Positions 25,944-36,934 of a stretch of 64,000 nt of DNA are shown here, in pieces. Every line of letters begins with the position of its first letter. The stretch's first letter is position 1. The notes below the pieces were generated by a model, which was not told the origin of the DNA, searched no databases, and saw nothing but the letters and a program-made list of their open reading frames with translations. This DNA comes from Candidatus Eutrophobius brisbanensis (GTDB lineage: Bacteria; Pseudomonadota; Gammaproteobacteria; Eutrophobiales; Eutrophobiaceae). The stretch spans positions 1,446,048 through 1,510,047 of the forward strand of contig JAYPQE010000003.1 of the NCBI GenBank assembly GCA_038131795.1, written 5' to 3'. The translations under genes and the position numbers were made by a program.

Positions 25944-26639
25944 CTATGGAAGTGGTAACAAAGGCTCCCGTTGGTAAGGCAGATGTGCGTCAATAGTATG
26001 TAATAATATTGCAGTAGTAGCGTAATTTCCCATGTAAGTAGTGAGATCAATAAGATCGCGTTTACCTACATTCTTTAATACCCGTGCAAATGTTTCAGGT
26101 GTAACACTGTATGTTTGAAACAATTCCCTTCCCCACTGGATTAAAGAGGCCTCACGCTCAGGCACACCATCCAGCGGTTTCCGGTATCTAATTACATCAA
26201 TTATCTTAGGCTCAAGGCCATTCTTGAGGGCAACCGGTTCATGCAGGGTCCACTCAAATGGCTGATTCATCTCTCGTGAGACGACCAACCTCACCAGTTC
26301 CTGTGTGCGTTTATCAACCCTGGATTCCCTTAAACTGGGGCTACCATGTAATCTAACCGAGCCCGGTCCCCGGATTCCACCCAGGGATGTTGAGCCCGAT
26401 GCCCGTCGACTATCGTAAAACTCACGTTGTTCATCCGACAGGAGTTTATCGCGTTTAACGAAAGGCAGACGACTCCCCGAGTCGGGATCCACATCATCTG
26501 GTAATGATGCTGCATATTCTTCTTGTGTCACAGGCCAGTCGAGTTTGTAATATGCCGGTACCATGGTGTTCCCTGCGCAGCCATAGGTAAGAACAGAAAG
26601 AACTACCATTAATAATTTGATATTATTCTGCATATTCAA
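25944..26639 (-). CDS. Lipoprotein/secreted protein, tandem paralog of 25227-25910
   Basis: LTYGCAGN lipobox-like start, and the same conserved blocks as its neighbour. Confidence 0.45.
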   Translation of the reverse strand: MNMQNNIKLLMVVLSVLTYGCAGNTMVPAYYKLDWPVTQEEYAASLPDDVDPDSGSRLPFVKRDKLLSDEQREFYDSRRASGSTSLGGIRGPGSVRLHGSPSLRESRVDKRTQELVRLVVSREMNQPFEWTLHEPVALKNGLEPKIIDVIRYRKPLDGVPEREASLIQWGRELFQTYSVTPETFARVLKNVGKRDLIDLTTYMGNYATTAILLHTIDAHLPYQREPLLPLP

Positions 26640-26731
26640 TCTCCATGAATATTATTACTGTTTTAATTATTATCCAATATAACCATACATAAATAAAAAA
26701 AATAATAAACCAATCAAAATACGGGTGAATC

Positions 26732-27652
26732 TTGCAACCGATAATTTCCGTCAAGGAACTCAACAAAACCTACAGTAATAATTTCGTCGCCCTGGAAAAT
26801 ATCGATCTAGATATCTTTAAAGGCGAGATTTTTGCCTTACTTGGGCCGAATGGCGCGGGAAAAACAACCTTAATCAATATCATTTGTGGAATCATCAATC
26901 CATCTTCCGGAACTATTCAGGCTAATGGATACGATATTATCTCAGACTATCGAAAGGCCCGAAGTGAGATTGGCCTGGTTCCGCAGGAACTCTCCACGGA
27001 TACGTTTGAAACTGTACTAGCATCCGTCAATTTCACTCGTGGTCTGTTTGGGAAATCACCAAACCCTGAATTAGTGGAAAAAATCCTCAGACAATTGTCA
27101 TTATGGGACAAAAGAAACTCAAGAATTATGACCCTTTCAGGCGGAATGAAGCGCCGGGTCATGATCGCCAAGGCCCTGTCACACGAGCCCAAGATACTTT
27201 TTCTTGATGAGCCAACCGCCGGGGTGGATGTGGATCTGCGCCAGGGCATGTGGGAAATGGTCAGGGAACTGCGCGAAAATGGCGTGACGATCATTCTCAC
27301 CACACACTACATCGAGGAAGCCGAAGACATGGCTGATCGCATAGGCATTATCAGCAAGGGAAAGATAATCCTGGTAGATGAAAAACATACACTTATGCAA
27401 AAGCTGGGAAAAAAACAGTTAAAACTCCATCTGCAGTCTGCATTAACCGATCTGCCGTCTGAACTAAGTGAATTTAACCTTGAGCTGACCAATGACGGGG
27501 TTGAATTGATTTATACATTCGATTCGCAAAGTGAACATACTGGCATTGCAATACTGCTAAGAAAATTAAACGAACATGGAATCGACTTCAAAGATTTACA
27601 ATCAACTGAAAGTTCATTGGAAGAAATCTTCGTGAGCCTGGTACGTAACTAG
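26732..27652 (+). CDS. ABC transporter ATP-binding protein (ABC-2 type exporter)
   Basis: Walker [10 protein letters not shown], signature LSGGMKRRV, Walker [15 protein letters not shown] start. It is followed 2 bp later by an ABC-2 permease gene. Confidence 0.9.
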   Translation: MQPIISVKELNKTYSNNFVALENIDLDIFKGEIFALLGPNGAGKTTLINIICGIINPSSGTIQANGYDIISDYRKARSEIGLVPQELSTDTFETVLASVNFTRGLFGKSPNPELVEKILRQLSLWDKRNSRIMTLSGGMKRRVMIAKALSHEPKILFLDEPTAGVDVDLRQGMWEMVRELRENGVTIILTTHYIEEAEDMADRIGIISKGKIILVDEKHTLMQKLGKKQLKLHLQSALTDLPSELSEFNLELTNDGVELIYTFDSQSEHTGIAILLRKLNEHGIDFKDLQSTESSLEEIFVSLVRN

Positions 27653-27654
27653 CT

Positions 27655-28416
27655 ATGAATATCTACGCCATCATTGCCATATTTAAATTTGAAATATCCC
27701 GCACCAGGCGGACCCTGATGCAGAGTATCGCCTCCCCGGTAATTTCAACATCGTTATATTTTGTCGTATTTGGCGCGGCCATTGGTTCACGTATGGGACA
27801 GATTGAAGGGGTTAGTTATGGTGCCTTCATCATTCCTGGACTAATCATGTTGTCCATATTAAATGAAAGTATTTCCAATGCTGCATTTGGAATTTACCTG
27901 CCGCGATTTATGGGAACCATATACGAATTATTTTCAGCCCCGGTCTCATACATTGAAATCGTAATCGGTTATGTGGGGGCCGCGGCAACCAAATCCCTGA
28001 TACTGGGTATTTTAATCCTTATCACCGCAAAGTTTTTTGTCAATTATGAGGTGCTTCACCCGGTATGGATGTTTTGCTTTTTGTTTCTCACCGCCATCAC
28101 CTTCAGCCTGCTGGGATTTATCATTGGCATCTGGGCAGACGGATTTGAAAAACTACAAATTGTGCCATTGATGATCATCACACCATTGACATTTCTGGGC
28201 GGCAGCTTTTATACCATTGATATGCTTCCTCCTGTCTGGCAAAAGATTACCCTGTTAAATCCAGTGGTATATCTTATTAGTGGTTTTCGCTGGAGCTTTT
28301 ATGGTATCTCAGATGTCCAGGTTGGCATCAGCCTGGGCATGATTATGGTGTTTCTTGTTATATGCCTGACACTGGTGTGGTGGATATTCAAGACTGGCTA
28401 TCGTATCAAACAATAA
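27655..28416 (+). CDS. ABC-2 family transporter permease
   Basis: Six-TM hydrophobic protein immediately downstream of the ATPase. Confidence 0.85.
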   Translation: MNIYAIIAIFKFEISRTRRTLMQSIASPVISTSLYFVVFGAAIGSRMGQIEGVSYGAFIIPGLIMLSILNESISNAAFGIYLPRFMGTIYELFSAPVSYIEIVIGYVGAAATKSLILGILILITAKFFVNYEVLHPVWMFCFLFLTAITFSLLGFIIGIWADGFEKLQIVPLMIITPLTFLGGSFYTIDMLPPVWQKITLLNPVVYLISGFRWSFYGISDVQVGISLGMIMVFLVICLTLVWWIFKTGYRIKQ

Positions 28417-28437
28417 TTTTTACCTTCGGAGAATATT

Positions 28438-28791
28438 ATGCACTATGTAATATCAACCACCTGGGGCCCAACCGATCCAACCCGTGCCTCTCTACCATTT
28501 ATCTTCGCTGATACTGCCCTGCAGGCAGGTGATACAGTGACGATTATGTTATTTCATGATTCAGTCACCGTGGCAGTAAAAGGTTCACATGAAAAAATGA
28601 TCCCGGTAGGACCATCGCAAAAATTCGAACCCGTGCTAAATCATCCCAATGCCAGGGTGCTGGTGTGTAAACCCTGCGCTGATGCCAGGGGAATCACAGT
28701 TGATATGCTAGTAGAAAATACTAACATGGCAGGCATGAATGATTACCACGCCGAATTGTCCAGACAAGACAGCAAAGCAGTCAACTTTTAG
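28438..28791 (+). CDS. DsrE/DsrF (YchN)-like family protein
   Basis: The size (~117 aa) and a C-terminal VLVCKPCADARGI block resemble the DsrE-like sulfur-relay fold. This call is tentative. Confidence 0.4.
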   Translation: MHYVISTTWGPTDPTRASLPFIFADTALQAGDTVTIMLFHDSVTVAVKGSHEKMIPVGPSQKFEPVLNHPNARVLVCKPCADARGITVDMLVENTNMAGMNDYHAELSRQDSKAVNF

Positions 28792-28799
28792 TACATATT

Positions 28800-29444
28800 C
28801 TATTTCGCTTTATTCTGATACTTTGGATCAGCATATTTATCCATGGCCGAGATCCTTTTGATTATTCCTTTTTCCAGTAATAATTGAGATATTTGCCGGT
28901 ATCCATCCGGACTGAGAGTACCGTACCTGACGATGCCATGCTTTACAAAGGCCTCATAGCCCCCATTGAGGGTATCCCTTTTATCACCTCCGATATTCAC
29001 GGCAATATCCATGGCCTCTTCCCGGTTGGCCTCATCAAGCAACCATTCCGTAGCTCGGATATATGCTGTTAAGTACTTCACAAGTATATCTTCATTAGCT
29101 TCAGCCCAGTCCCTGCGTGTGGCAATGGAAGAGGCAGGAAACTCTGGATAATGTTCTGACAGACTGGTCAGCCGGGTATAGCCTTCGGCTTCAATACTGG
29201 CGGGTGGGTTCATATAGGTCACGTCGGCCCTACCCTCACGCAGGACTTGCATGCGCATTGCCGGACCACCGGAATTGGCAATTACCTGATAGTCGCCTGG
29301 GTTGACCCCATTTGCTCTCAGAACTTTATCAAACATTAACCAGTAACTGACATTCAGATTTGCCAGGGCAAAAGTTTTGCCTCTTAGATCGCGATAAGAT
29401 TTGATACCAGGACCAACCAACAGGTCATTTGTCGCCTCTTTCAA
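28800..29444 (-). CDS. ABC-type substrate-binding protein (NMT1/SsuA-like), C-terminal segment of a split gene
   Basis: It starts in a region homologous to the end of the ORF at 29508-29909 (SYRDLRGKTFALA compared with SYEDLRGKTIALL) and continues through the second lobe of the binding protein. Confidence 0.5.
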   Translation of the reverse strand: MKEATNDLLVGPGIKSYRDLRGKTFALANLNVSYWLMFDKVLRANGVNPGDYQVIANSGGPAMRMQVLREGRADVTYMNPPASIEAEGYTRLTSLSEHYPEFPASSIATRRDWAEANEDILVKYLTAYIRATEWLLDEANREEAMDIAVNIGGDKRDTLNGGYEAFVKHGIVRYGTLSPDGYRQISQLLLEKGIIKRISAMDKYADPKYQNKAK

Positions 29445-29507
29445 TGGCCCGAACGATATGGCCTGCTGCCTGGTGTCCGAATTCCAGTTCCTTATTTCTC
29501 AACATAG

Positions 29508-29909
29508 CTAATTGAACAGTAGCAGGGCGATTGTCTTCCCCCTGAGATCTTCATAACTGTCATATTTCGGTCGCACGATTAAATCATTGGCCGCGCGGGT
29601 GATGGTATGCAGGATAACGTATTCTTTTCCGTCTTCTATCTCGCGTACAAAATGATCAGCCGCCTGATGGAAGATCTCCAGCTGCTCAGAATCCACCATA
29701 TCCAGCTGGTGTTCCGATTCACCCGTTACTGTGACCTGGACATCAAGCCCTTCAGCATCAAAGAAACCTTTAGATTCAGCAATCCATAATGGCCAGTTAT
29801 TGATGGACTGGCTGATAGTACCAACACGGATAGTCTGGGCAGATAATCCAGACGACAGAAAGGAAAAACAAATTAAAAATCCAGCACACAAAATATCGTG
29901 CATTTTCAT
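29508..29909 (-). CDS. ABC-type substrate-binding protein (NMT1/SsuA-like), N-terminal segment with signal peptide
   Basis: Signal peptide and the first lobe, ending just after the DLRGKT motif. A stop follows, then a 63-bp gap before the next ORF. Confidence 0.5.
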   Translation of the reverse strand: MKMHDILCAGFLICFSFLSSGLSAQTIRVGTISQSINNWPLWIAESKGFFDAEGLDVQVTVTGESEHQLDMVDSEQLEIFHQAADHFVREIEDGKEYVILHTITRAANDLIVRPKYDSYEDLRGKTIALLLFN

Positions 29910-30032
29910 TTACATTCCTCCACATATTTAACACTTGGTTTAAAAGCCACAGAGGGCACAGAGTTCATAGAGTTGATATCTTTTCTCTGTGTGCTCTGTG
30001 CCCTGTGTGGCTAATTAATTCTTTTGGGATTT

Positions 30033-31514
30033 TTACTGGCCTGGCGGCGGTGGGGCATTGGAATCCATCGCATCCCGGCTGGTGGTATTGGCACCAAGTT
30101 GTTCAAGGAGTTTGGCCGTACTTTCATGATAGCCGTAAAGACCTCGATACCTGAGCACAGGACTTATGCCGGACGCCATGCTCCAGGGGGTTTCCCCATA
30201 GTTATCTGTTACATTGATGTCAGCCCCCATCTCAGCAAGATATTTGACCACCATATCATTTCCGGTAAATGCCGCCATATGCATAGCAGTCTGGCCTTCT
30301 TCATTTTTAGCGTCAATATCAATCCCTATTTCAACAACAGCCTTCACGGCTTCAAAGGATTTCTGAATGTCCTTATCATTGGCCTGGTTGCCACCTTTAA
30401 AGGCACACGCCCCGGTACATGCGGCGCGGGCTGCCGCCATTAACGAGTTAATCCCGCCCTTTGCAGCAATATTCTGATCTGCTTCATACGATTTGAGCAT
30501 TTCCATCATCTGGATATCGGCAGAAATGGATGCAAGTAGAAAGGGGGTTGCCCCGACCATATCAAAAGGGCTACCGTCCGGCCCAAGGCGTTTACTTTTT
30601 TTGATCTGAATATTCGGATCAGCGCCTGCCTCAAGAAGAGCATGTACTAACCTGTGTAAATTATCAGGGATTTGTCTGTATACGGGGTCATAACGGACAC
30701 CATTCAAGGCGGCCATACCACTCGCCATGGAATGATGCAGCGCAGAAATACCATTTTCATCCGTCGCATCCGGGTCTGCTCCCACACTCAACAGATATAG
30801 CCCCAGGTCTTCATGACCTCCTGCAGCGGTGATAACCAGTGCAGTCCCATACTCTGGCGTAGATTCATTGGGATCGGCACCTGCATCTATGATTGCCCGG
30901 GCTGAAACAACATCACCGGAACGGGCGGCAAACAGCAGTGGCGTAAACCCGGAACTCGATCTGGCGTGGATATCTGCACCATGTTCCACCAGCAGCTGAC
31001 TGATTTCACCATGACCTTCTGCCGCTGCCCACATAAGGGCCGTTTGGTCCTTCTTGGTTTCCTTTGCATTTGGATCAGCGCCTTTTGCAAGTAGTGCAGC
31101 AACTGCCTCCGTTGCCCCAGTCTTGGAACAATTCATCAATACAGTTTCACTACTCCACAATGCAGCATTAGGGTTGGCACCAGCAACAAGCAGTTTTTTT
31201 GCCAACTCATTATTACGATTAGTGCAGGCAAGATATAAAGGTGTTACTCCATAATCATTTGTCGCATTAACATCAGCATCAGCAAACAGCAACTTTTCAG
31301 AAATCTCCATGTCATTTCGATGAACCGCCCAATGTAATGCGGTGGTCCCATCTGCCTCTGCTTGATTGATGCCTGCAGATTGACCAATCAATTCGCCCGC
31401 TGCTGCAGAGTCTCTCCTTTTAACTGCATCGATCAATGGATGGTCGCCAACAGCATATGCGGGCGCCGTTATAATACAAATTAAAATATATCGGTATAAC
31501 CAGTTCATCATCAA
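30033..31514 (-). CDS. Secreted ankyrin-repeat protein (third gene of module 2)
   Basis: Signal peptide plus ANK repeats. It shares the ACTGxC...GGNQ block with its paralogs. Confidence 0.8.
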   Translation of the reverse strand: MMMNWLYRYILICIITAPAYAVGDHPLIDAVKRRDSAAAGELIGQSAGINQAEADGTTALHWAVHRNDMEISEKLLFADADVNATNDYGVTPLYLACTNRNNELAKKLLVAGANPNAALWSSETVLMNCSKTGATEAVAALLAKGADPNAKETKKDQTALMWAAAEGHGEISQLLVEHGADIHARSSSGFTPLLFAARSGDVVSARAIIDAGADPNESTPEYGTALVITAAGGHEDLGLYLLSVGADPDATDENGISALHHSMASGMAALNGVRYDPVYRQIPDNLHRLVHALLEAGADPNIQIKKSKRLGPDGSPFDMVGATPFLLASISADIQMMEMLKSYEADQNIAAKGGINSLMAAARAACTGACAFKGGNQANDKDIQKSFEAVKAVVEIGIDIDAKNEEGQTAMHMAAFTGNDMVVKYLAEMGADINVTDNYGETPWSMASGISPVLRYRGLYGYHESTAKLLEQLGANTTSRDAMDSNAPPPPGQ

Positions 31515-31522
31515 AATTCCTT

Positions 31523-32860
31523 TTATACGTTTAACAGATTGACCAATCCGATACTGTCACCAAACTTTCCTTCCTGCACACCCAGTTTGTCCATAATCGT
31601 CAGGTATAGATTTGAAATGGGTGTCTCATCCGGATACCTGATGTGCTGGTTACCTTTCAATTGGCCTGAACCGCCACCCACCAGCATGATGGGCAGGTTC
31701 TGCAGCAGATGCTCATTACCATCACTCATGGCGCTGCCGTACATAACGATCATATTGTCCAGCAGGTTTCCTTCTATATCCGGTGTTGCCCTTAACTTAT
31801 CCAGGTAGTATGAGAATAACTGTGTGTGATAGACATCAATCTTGGCAATCTTCTCCAGAAATACAGGGTCATTCCGGTGGTGTGACAGGGAATGATGTAC
31901 ATCGGGAATACCGATTTCTTCATAGGTTCTGTTGCTCTGTTCGGGACCGGTCATAAAGGTAATCATTCGGGTCATATCCGTCTGGAAGGCCAATACCTGC
32001 AGGTCGTACATCAGTTTCAGGTGGTCGGCAAACTCTGATGGCACACCAGAAGGTCTTTCAAAGGAAGGGATTTCTCTGCCGGATTGTTGCTCGGCCAGCT
32101 GGATACGCCTCTCCACATCACGCATACCCTCCATATATTCAGTAAGACGGGACTTGTCCTCCACACCAACCTTTTTCATTAAACGGTTGGTCGCATCGGT
32201 CACCGAATCAAGGATACTCTGCTCTTTTTGAATACGTGCAAGCCTGATTGCAGGGTCAGTGCTACTATTGTCCCCGAATAATCTCTCAAACACGGCCCGT
32301 GGTCGGTACTCTATGGGTAATGGGGTGGTTGGAGACCGCCAGCTCAGTGTCATACGATAGGCGCAGCTCCAGCCTTTTTCACAACTCCCTACCACGTCTG
32401 TATTGTGTAGCCCCAGTTCCAGAGAGGCCAGCTGGGTTTTCTGCCCAAGTTCCCGCGCAATGATCTGATCTACAGACGTACCAACATGACCTTCTCTTAA
32501 TGGATGGACCCCGGTCAGGAAGACACCACCGGCCCTTTCGTGAGGTGCTGATTCACCTTCACCGGGTAACGCGTCCCCCTCACTATTATTCATCCCACCA
32601 AGCACCAGCATCTGGTCCTGAAAGGCGGCAAGTGGTTGCATGGTCCGGGGTAATTTGAAACCTGCCCCGGTCTGTTCCGGCGTCCAGTACTGCATGTTCA
32701 TTCCATTGGGAGAATAGACAATGGAAAAACGCCTGGGTATCTCTGCCTGTTTTCCAGCCGCAAGTGCTGGAAACATGGCATCCATCACTGGCAATGCAAT
32801 GCATGCGCCTGCACCACGAAGGAATGTACGGCGAGGTATGGATCGTTTAAATATCATCAT
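31523..32860 (-). CDS. DUF1552 (HXXSHH) family protein with a Tat signal (second gene of module 2)
   Basis: HHSLSHH motif and a Tat motif. I placed the start at ATGATG (32860), which is preceded by AGAGGAGGG. The ORF track extends to 32902. Confidence 0.8.
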   Translation of the reverse strand: MMIFKRSIPRRTFLRGAGACIALPVMDAMFPALAAGKQAEIPRRFSIVYSPNGMNMQYWTPEQTGAGFKLPRTMQPLAAFQDQMLVLGGMNNSEGDALPGEGESAPHERAGGVFLTGVHPLREGHVGTSVDQIIARELGQKTQLASLELGLHNTDVVGSCEKGWSCAYRMTLSWRSPTTPLPIEYRPRAVFERLFGDNSSTDPAIRLARIQKEQSILDSVTDATNRLMKKVGVEDKSRLTEYMEGMRDVERRIQLAEQQSGREIPSFERPSGVPSEFADHLKLMYDLQVLAFQTDMTRMITFMTGPEQSNRTYEEIGIPDVHHSLSHHRNDPVFLEKIAKIDVYHTQLFSYYLDKLRATPDIEGNLLDNMIVMYGSAMSDGNEHLLQNLPIMLVGGGSGQLKGNQHIRYPDETPISNLYLTIMDKLGVQEGKFGDSIGLVNLLNV

Positions 32861-35255
32861 GGCCGGGGGCCCTCCTCTTCTTAAACGGTGTACTCTCAAC
32901 AATCTCCAGGATCATCGAGGTAAGTTTGTAATCATTTTTTGCAGATTGCTTCAATATGGAACGCATAATAGGGGCGTCACGGTAATCCACTCCCCTGCCC
33001 AGTGCATAGGTCATCAACTTTTCAATGGAAGTCAGAACAAAATCCTCATAACGATTTTCTACCAGGACTTCCTTTAATTGAGCCATCCCTTCAAATGGCG
33101 TGCCGTCAGGTAATGCGCCAGTTGCGTCGATGGCAGAATCTGAAGCAGCGTCCACTAATCGCCATTTACCTATGGCATCATAGTTTTCCAGTGCAAACCC
33201 AAGGGGGTCCATGATCTTATGACAGCTTGCACATACCGGGTTGGCACGGTGCTGTTCCATCTGCTGACGCATATTCAGGACCTTGCCCTGTTCATTGGTG
33301 TCTTTGAGCGCAGGGATATTCGCCGGCGGTGGCGGTGGTGGTGCTCCAAGAATATTTTCCAGTACCCATTTCCCCCGTATGGTGGGGGCTGTCCTGTTGG
33401 GATAGGAAGTCAATGTCAGGATGCTGCCCTGGCCAAGCAGGCCTCCACGTGATGCGTCGGGCAGGTTCACCTTTCTGAAGTGGCTGCCATAAACACCGGG
33501 TATTCCATAGTGTCTCGCCAGTCGCTCATTCACGAAGGTATAGTCGGCATTGAGCAATTCCAGTACAGAACGATCATTCCTGAAGATATAATCGAAGAAA
33601 AGTTCAGTCTCTTTCTGAAAGGCCTGCCTAAGATTATCTTCGAAATAAGGGAACAGATCCGTGTTAGGTGCAGCTGCGTTTAAATTACCCAACTGCAGCC
33701 ATTGCGAGGCAAACTTCGATATGATGACTTCGGATCTGGGGTCTGACAGCATTCGCCTGACCTGTCCTTCCAGAACTTCCCGGTCTGATAACCTTCCGGC
33801 TTCGGCCAGGGCCAACAACTCATCATCGGGAGAAGACCGCCACAGGAAAAAGGATAATTCACTGGCGAGTTCCAGGTCTGAAATACTGAATATCTCGCCT
33901 GGCTTCACATCATCAGGACGATCAACAATGACAAACAGGAATTCAGGCCCTGCCAGCATACGTTCCATGGCAAGACCAATCCCTTCTTCAAAACTGGTGG
34001 ATTTCCCCTGGTGATAAAAGCCCATCAGGTCTTCCACTTCCTGGTTTGTTGGCGGCCTGCGATATGCCCTGTGAGCAAGGCTGGAAATAATTTCTTTTGC
34101 ACACTCTGCATCATTATTGTTTTTTGGCTTACATATTAGAATCTTGTCACGGCTTTCGGTCTGTCCAATACCTTTTGCATTATAGGGACCGCCTACGGCA
34201 ACGGTATGCACAGCGGGGACCCCGCCTTTATATTGTGCGTAGTCGTATAAGGTATGTCGCGGGTATTCAGGTTCTGCCGGGATAGTGGATTCTTTCAGGA
34301 CAGTGACCGTCAATTTATGCGTGCCTGCCTTTGAAGTAAAGCGTGCCTCCAGCGCATCATCCGCTGTCCTCTCATAATGCTCCTGTTCCACATCACCCGA
34401 CGAGCCTGATGAAAAGATGCCGGCTGAGCGACCATAAGTTTCCCCACCAATCGTAATCAGTTTTATCCTTTCACCATCGAGCCTAATATCAAACTGGTAA
34501 GGCTCTGTTAGCCCCCGTATGTATTCTCTTGAATTGCGTTGTAACTTGACCTGAACCACATATTCCCCGTCCATAGGAAAGTTATGGTTGACCGAGGTTC
34601 CACCCATGGAACCAAACGGCATGTCATCTCCCATGCGGTCATCCTGCATCAGGTAACCTGAAACTGTATAGATATCAAATACCGGCTGCATTTCAGGCTC
34701 ACCCAGGGCAAGTTTCCTGACCTTTCTGGCTGCCGAGATATACTGTTCTGTCAATAACGGTGAAAGTGTTAATACTTCACCGATATTATCAAAACCGTAC
34801 ATGGTGTCATCTGAAGGTAATATCGTGTCATTGGTAATCTCTATCGCAAACAGATCTCGCACGATATTGATATATTCAGTCTTGTTTAATCTTCGTATCG
34901 TTGGACCACCCGGCCTGGGGTCTGTCATGGCAAGTGAATCCAGCGAGGTTGTAATATAACTGGCCATAGACTGGTAGGTAGAGTCATCCGGCCTCGGCAT
35001 CCCCGATGGCGGCATCGACCTGGCCTTTAATTTACGTAGCACTTTTTCCCAGATTTCTGCATCTTCACCAACATTACTGGCATCCACGCCTTGTAGTGAA
35101 AGCCCTGCAGTGCGCAAGGCGTCATTATGGCAACCGACACAAAATTGATTAACTGTGGCCTGGTGCTCATCACCTGCAGATGATTGCTGAGCGCTTGCTC
35201 CCATGCTGACCAACAAAGAAAAAGCGATCAGACAAATCCTGAAAGATAAGGACAT
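32847..35255 (-). CDS. Secreted DUF1587/1592/1595/1588/1585-type di-CxxCH protein (first gene of module 2)
   Basis: CVGCHND and CASCHKIMDPLGFALENYD motifs. It is 802 aa long with a signal peptide. Confidence 0.8.
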   Translation of the reverse strand: MSLSFRICLIAFSLLVSMGASAQQSSAGDEHQATVNQFCVGCHNDALRTAGLSLQGVDASNVGEDAEIWEKVLRKLKARSMPPSGMPRPDDSTYQSMASYITTSLDSLAMTDPRPGGPTIRRLNKTEYINIVRDLFAIEITNDTILPSDDTMYGFDNIGEVLTLSPLLTEQYISAARKVRKLALGEPEMQPVFDIYTVSGYLMQDDRMGDDMPFGSMGGTSVNHNFPMDGEYVVQVKLQRNSREYIRGLTEPYQFDIRLDGERIKLITIGGETYGRSAGIFSSGSSGDVEQEHYERTADDALEARFTSKAGTHKLTVTVLKESTIPAEPEYPRHTLYDYAQYKGGVPAVHTVAVGGPYNAKGIGQTESRDKILICKPKNNNDAECAKEIISSLAHRAYRRPPTNQEVEDLMGFYHQGKSTSFEEGIGLAMERMLAGPEFLFVIVDRPDDVKPGEIFSISDLELASELSFFLWRSSPDDELLALAEAGRLSDREVLEGQVRRMLSDPRSEVIISKFASQWLQLGNLNAAAPNTDLFPYFEDNLRQAFQKETELFFDYIFRNDRSVLELLNADYTFVNERLARHYGIPGVYGSHFRKVNLPDASRGGLLGQGSILTLTSYPNRTAPTIRGKWVLENILGAPPPPPPANIPALKDTNEQGKVLNMRQQMEQHRANPVCASCHKIMDPLGFALENYDAIGKWRLVDAASDSAIDATGALPDGTPFEGMAQLKEVLVENRYEDFVLTSIEKLMTYALGRGVDYRDAPIMRSILKQSAKNDYKLTSMILEIVESTPFKKRRAPGHDDI

Positions 35256-35449
35256 TTAAAACCCCCGGTTTTTAAGACATAACAATTCGATATATACACG
35301 AGTAAGTATATAGCCTTTAATCTGAAAAATTAACTGAAACCCCTGGGTGACTTATGAAATTTCCGTGCATTTTCCCAGAGAAATGGGGGCTTGAATGAGA
35401 ATTACTCTCATATCCGAAAAAGCAACTGACTGTAATCAGGACGGGTGGT

Positions 35450-36931
35450 TTATTGGCCTGGAGGGGGCGGCGAACGATCGTCCATCTGGTCACGGGTGAC
35501 TACTTTTGCCCCCAGCTTACGCAATAATGCTGCTGTGCTTTCGTGGTTGCCGTACAGGCCCTGGTAACGGATCACCGGGCTGATTCCGGATGCCATACTC
35601 CAGGGGGTTTCTCCATAATTATCAGATACGTTTACCTCGGCGCCCTGATCATATAAATACTGGACAATTTCATCGGCACCAATAAATGCCGCCATGTGCA
35701 TTGCCGTTTGACCTTTTTCGGTCCTGGCATTGACGTCCACTCCCATCTCAACCGCTGTTTTCACTGCCTCCAGGGCTAGGCGACTTCTCTCACTATCTGA
35801 CTGGTTGCCCCCCTGAAAGGTACAGGACCCGGTACAGGCGGCCTGGGCTGCAGCGATTAACGGAGTAATACCTCCCTTTGCCACCAGACTGGGATTCGCT
35901 TCATATTCAGCCAACAGATTCATAAGTTCAACATCTGATGACAGGGCGGCAAGCATTAAAGGCGTGGCATAGGTCATCTCAAAGGCACTGCCGTCCGGGC
36001 CTAGCCTATGGCTTTTTTGAATCTGGGCATTAGGATCGGCACCGGCTTCAAGCAGGCTTTTAGTCAACCCCTGCATGTTCTTGGGCCTTACCCTGTACAC
36101 TGAATCGTAACGGACGCCATTGACAGTGGACATGCCATTACGAATGGAGTTATGCAATGCAGTGACGCCGTATTCATCGCCCGAATCGGGATTGGCCCCT
36201 TGTTGTAGTAAATATATAGACAATGCTTCATGACCACTGGCACTGGCAATCACCAGGGTGTTTCCCTGCTCTGGTGTACTTTCATTGGGGTTGGCGCCGG
36301 CTTCTATGAGATGCTTAGCCGTTTCAACATCACCCGATCGCGCGGCAAATAACAATGGTGTGAATCCATTATTCGATACTGCCTTTATATTAGCCCCATT
36401 GTCCAACAGTTGATGGACGACATCGGCGTGCCCCCCTGCTGCTGCCCACATGAGTACAGTCTGGCCTTTCTCTGTTTCACTTGCGTTAACATCTGCGCCG
36501 GCATTAATCATTGCGATGACTGCATCTGTTGCCCCTCTTTTCGCACAGTTCATCAAGGGGGTCTCACCAGACCAGAGGGCAACATTGGGGTTTGCCTTTG
36601 CCTTCAATAATATCCCTACCATTGCTGAACTCTTATTGGTACAGGCCAGATACAATGGTGTAATACCATAGTCATTGGCGATATTGACATCGGCCTTTTG
36701 TCGTACGAGCAGTTTAGCCAACTCCAGGTTGTCCCAGTGAGCCGCCCAGTGCAGCGCAGTGGTCCCATCATTATGGGCGGTATTTACATCCAGGCCATCG
36801 GCTTTAAGCAACACAGTGAACTTATCATTATCATTTTGTTTTGCAGCCTCAACCAATGGGGGAAGAGATGAGGCGATACTCACATATGTAATGCTGGAGA
36901 TGAGTAAAAACAGTAAAAATTTAATGTTCAT
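35450..36931 (-). CDS. Secreted ankyrin-repeat protein (third gene of module 3)
   Basis: Signal peptide plus ANK repeats. It is a paralog of 30033-31514. Confidence 0.8.
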   Translation of the reverse strand: MNIKFLLFLLISSITYVSIASSLPPLVEAAKQNDNDKFTVLLKADGLDVNTAHNDGTTALHWAAHWDNLELAKLLVRQKADVNIANDYGITPLYLACTNKSSAMVGILLKAKANPNVALWSGETPLMNCAKRGATDAVIAMINAGADVNASETEKGQTVLMWAAAGGHADVVHQLLDNGANIKAVSNNGFTPLLFAARSGDVETAKHLIEAGANPNESTPEQGNTLVIASASGHEALSIYLLQQGANPDSGDEYGVTALHNSIRNGMSTVNGVRYDSVYRVRPKNMQGLTKSLLEAGADPNAQIQKSHRLGPDGSAFEMTYATPLMLAALSSDVELMNLLAEYEANPSLVAKGGITPLIAAAQAACTGSCTFQGGNQSDSERSRLALEAVKTAVEMGVDVNARTEKGQTAMHMAAFIGADEIVQYLYDQGAEVNVSDNYGETPWSMASGISPVIRYQGLYGNHESTAALLRKLGAKVVTRDQMDDRSPPPPGQ

Positions 36932-36934
36932 AGG

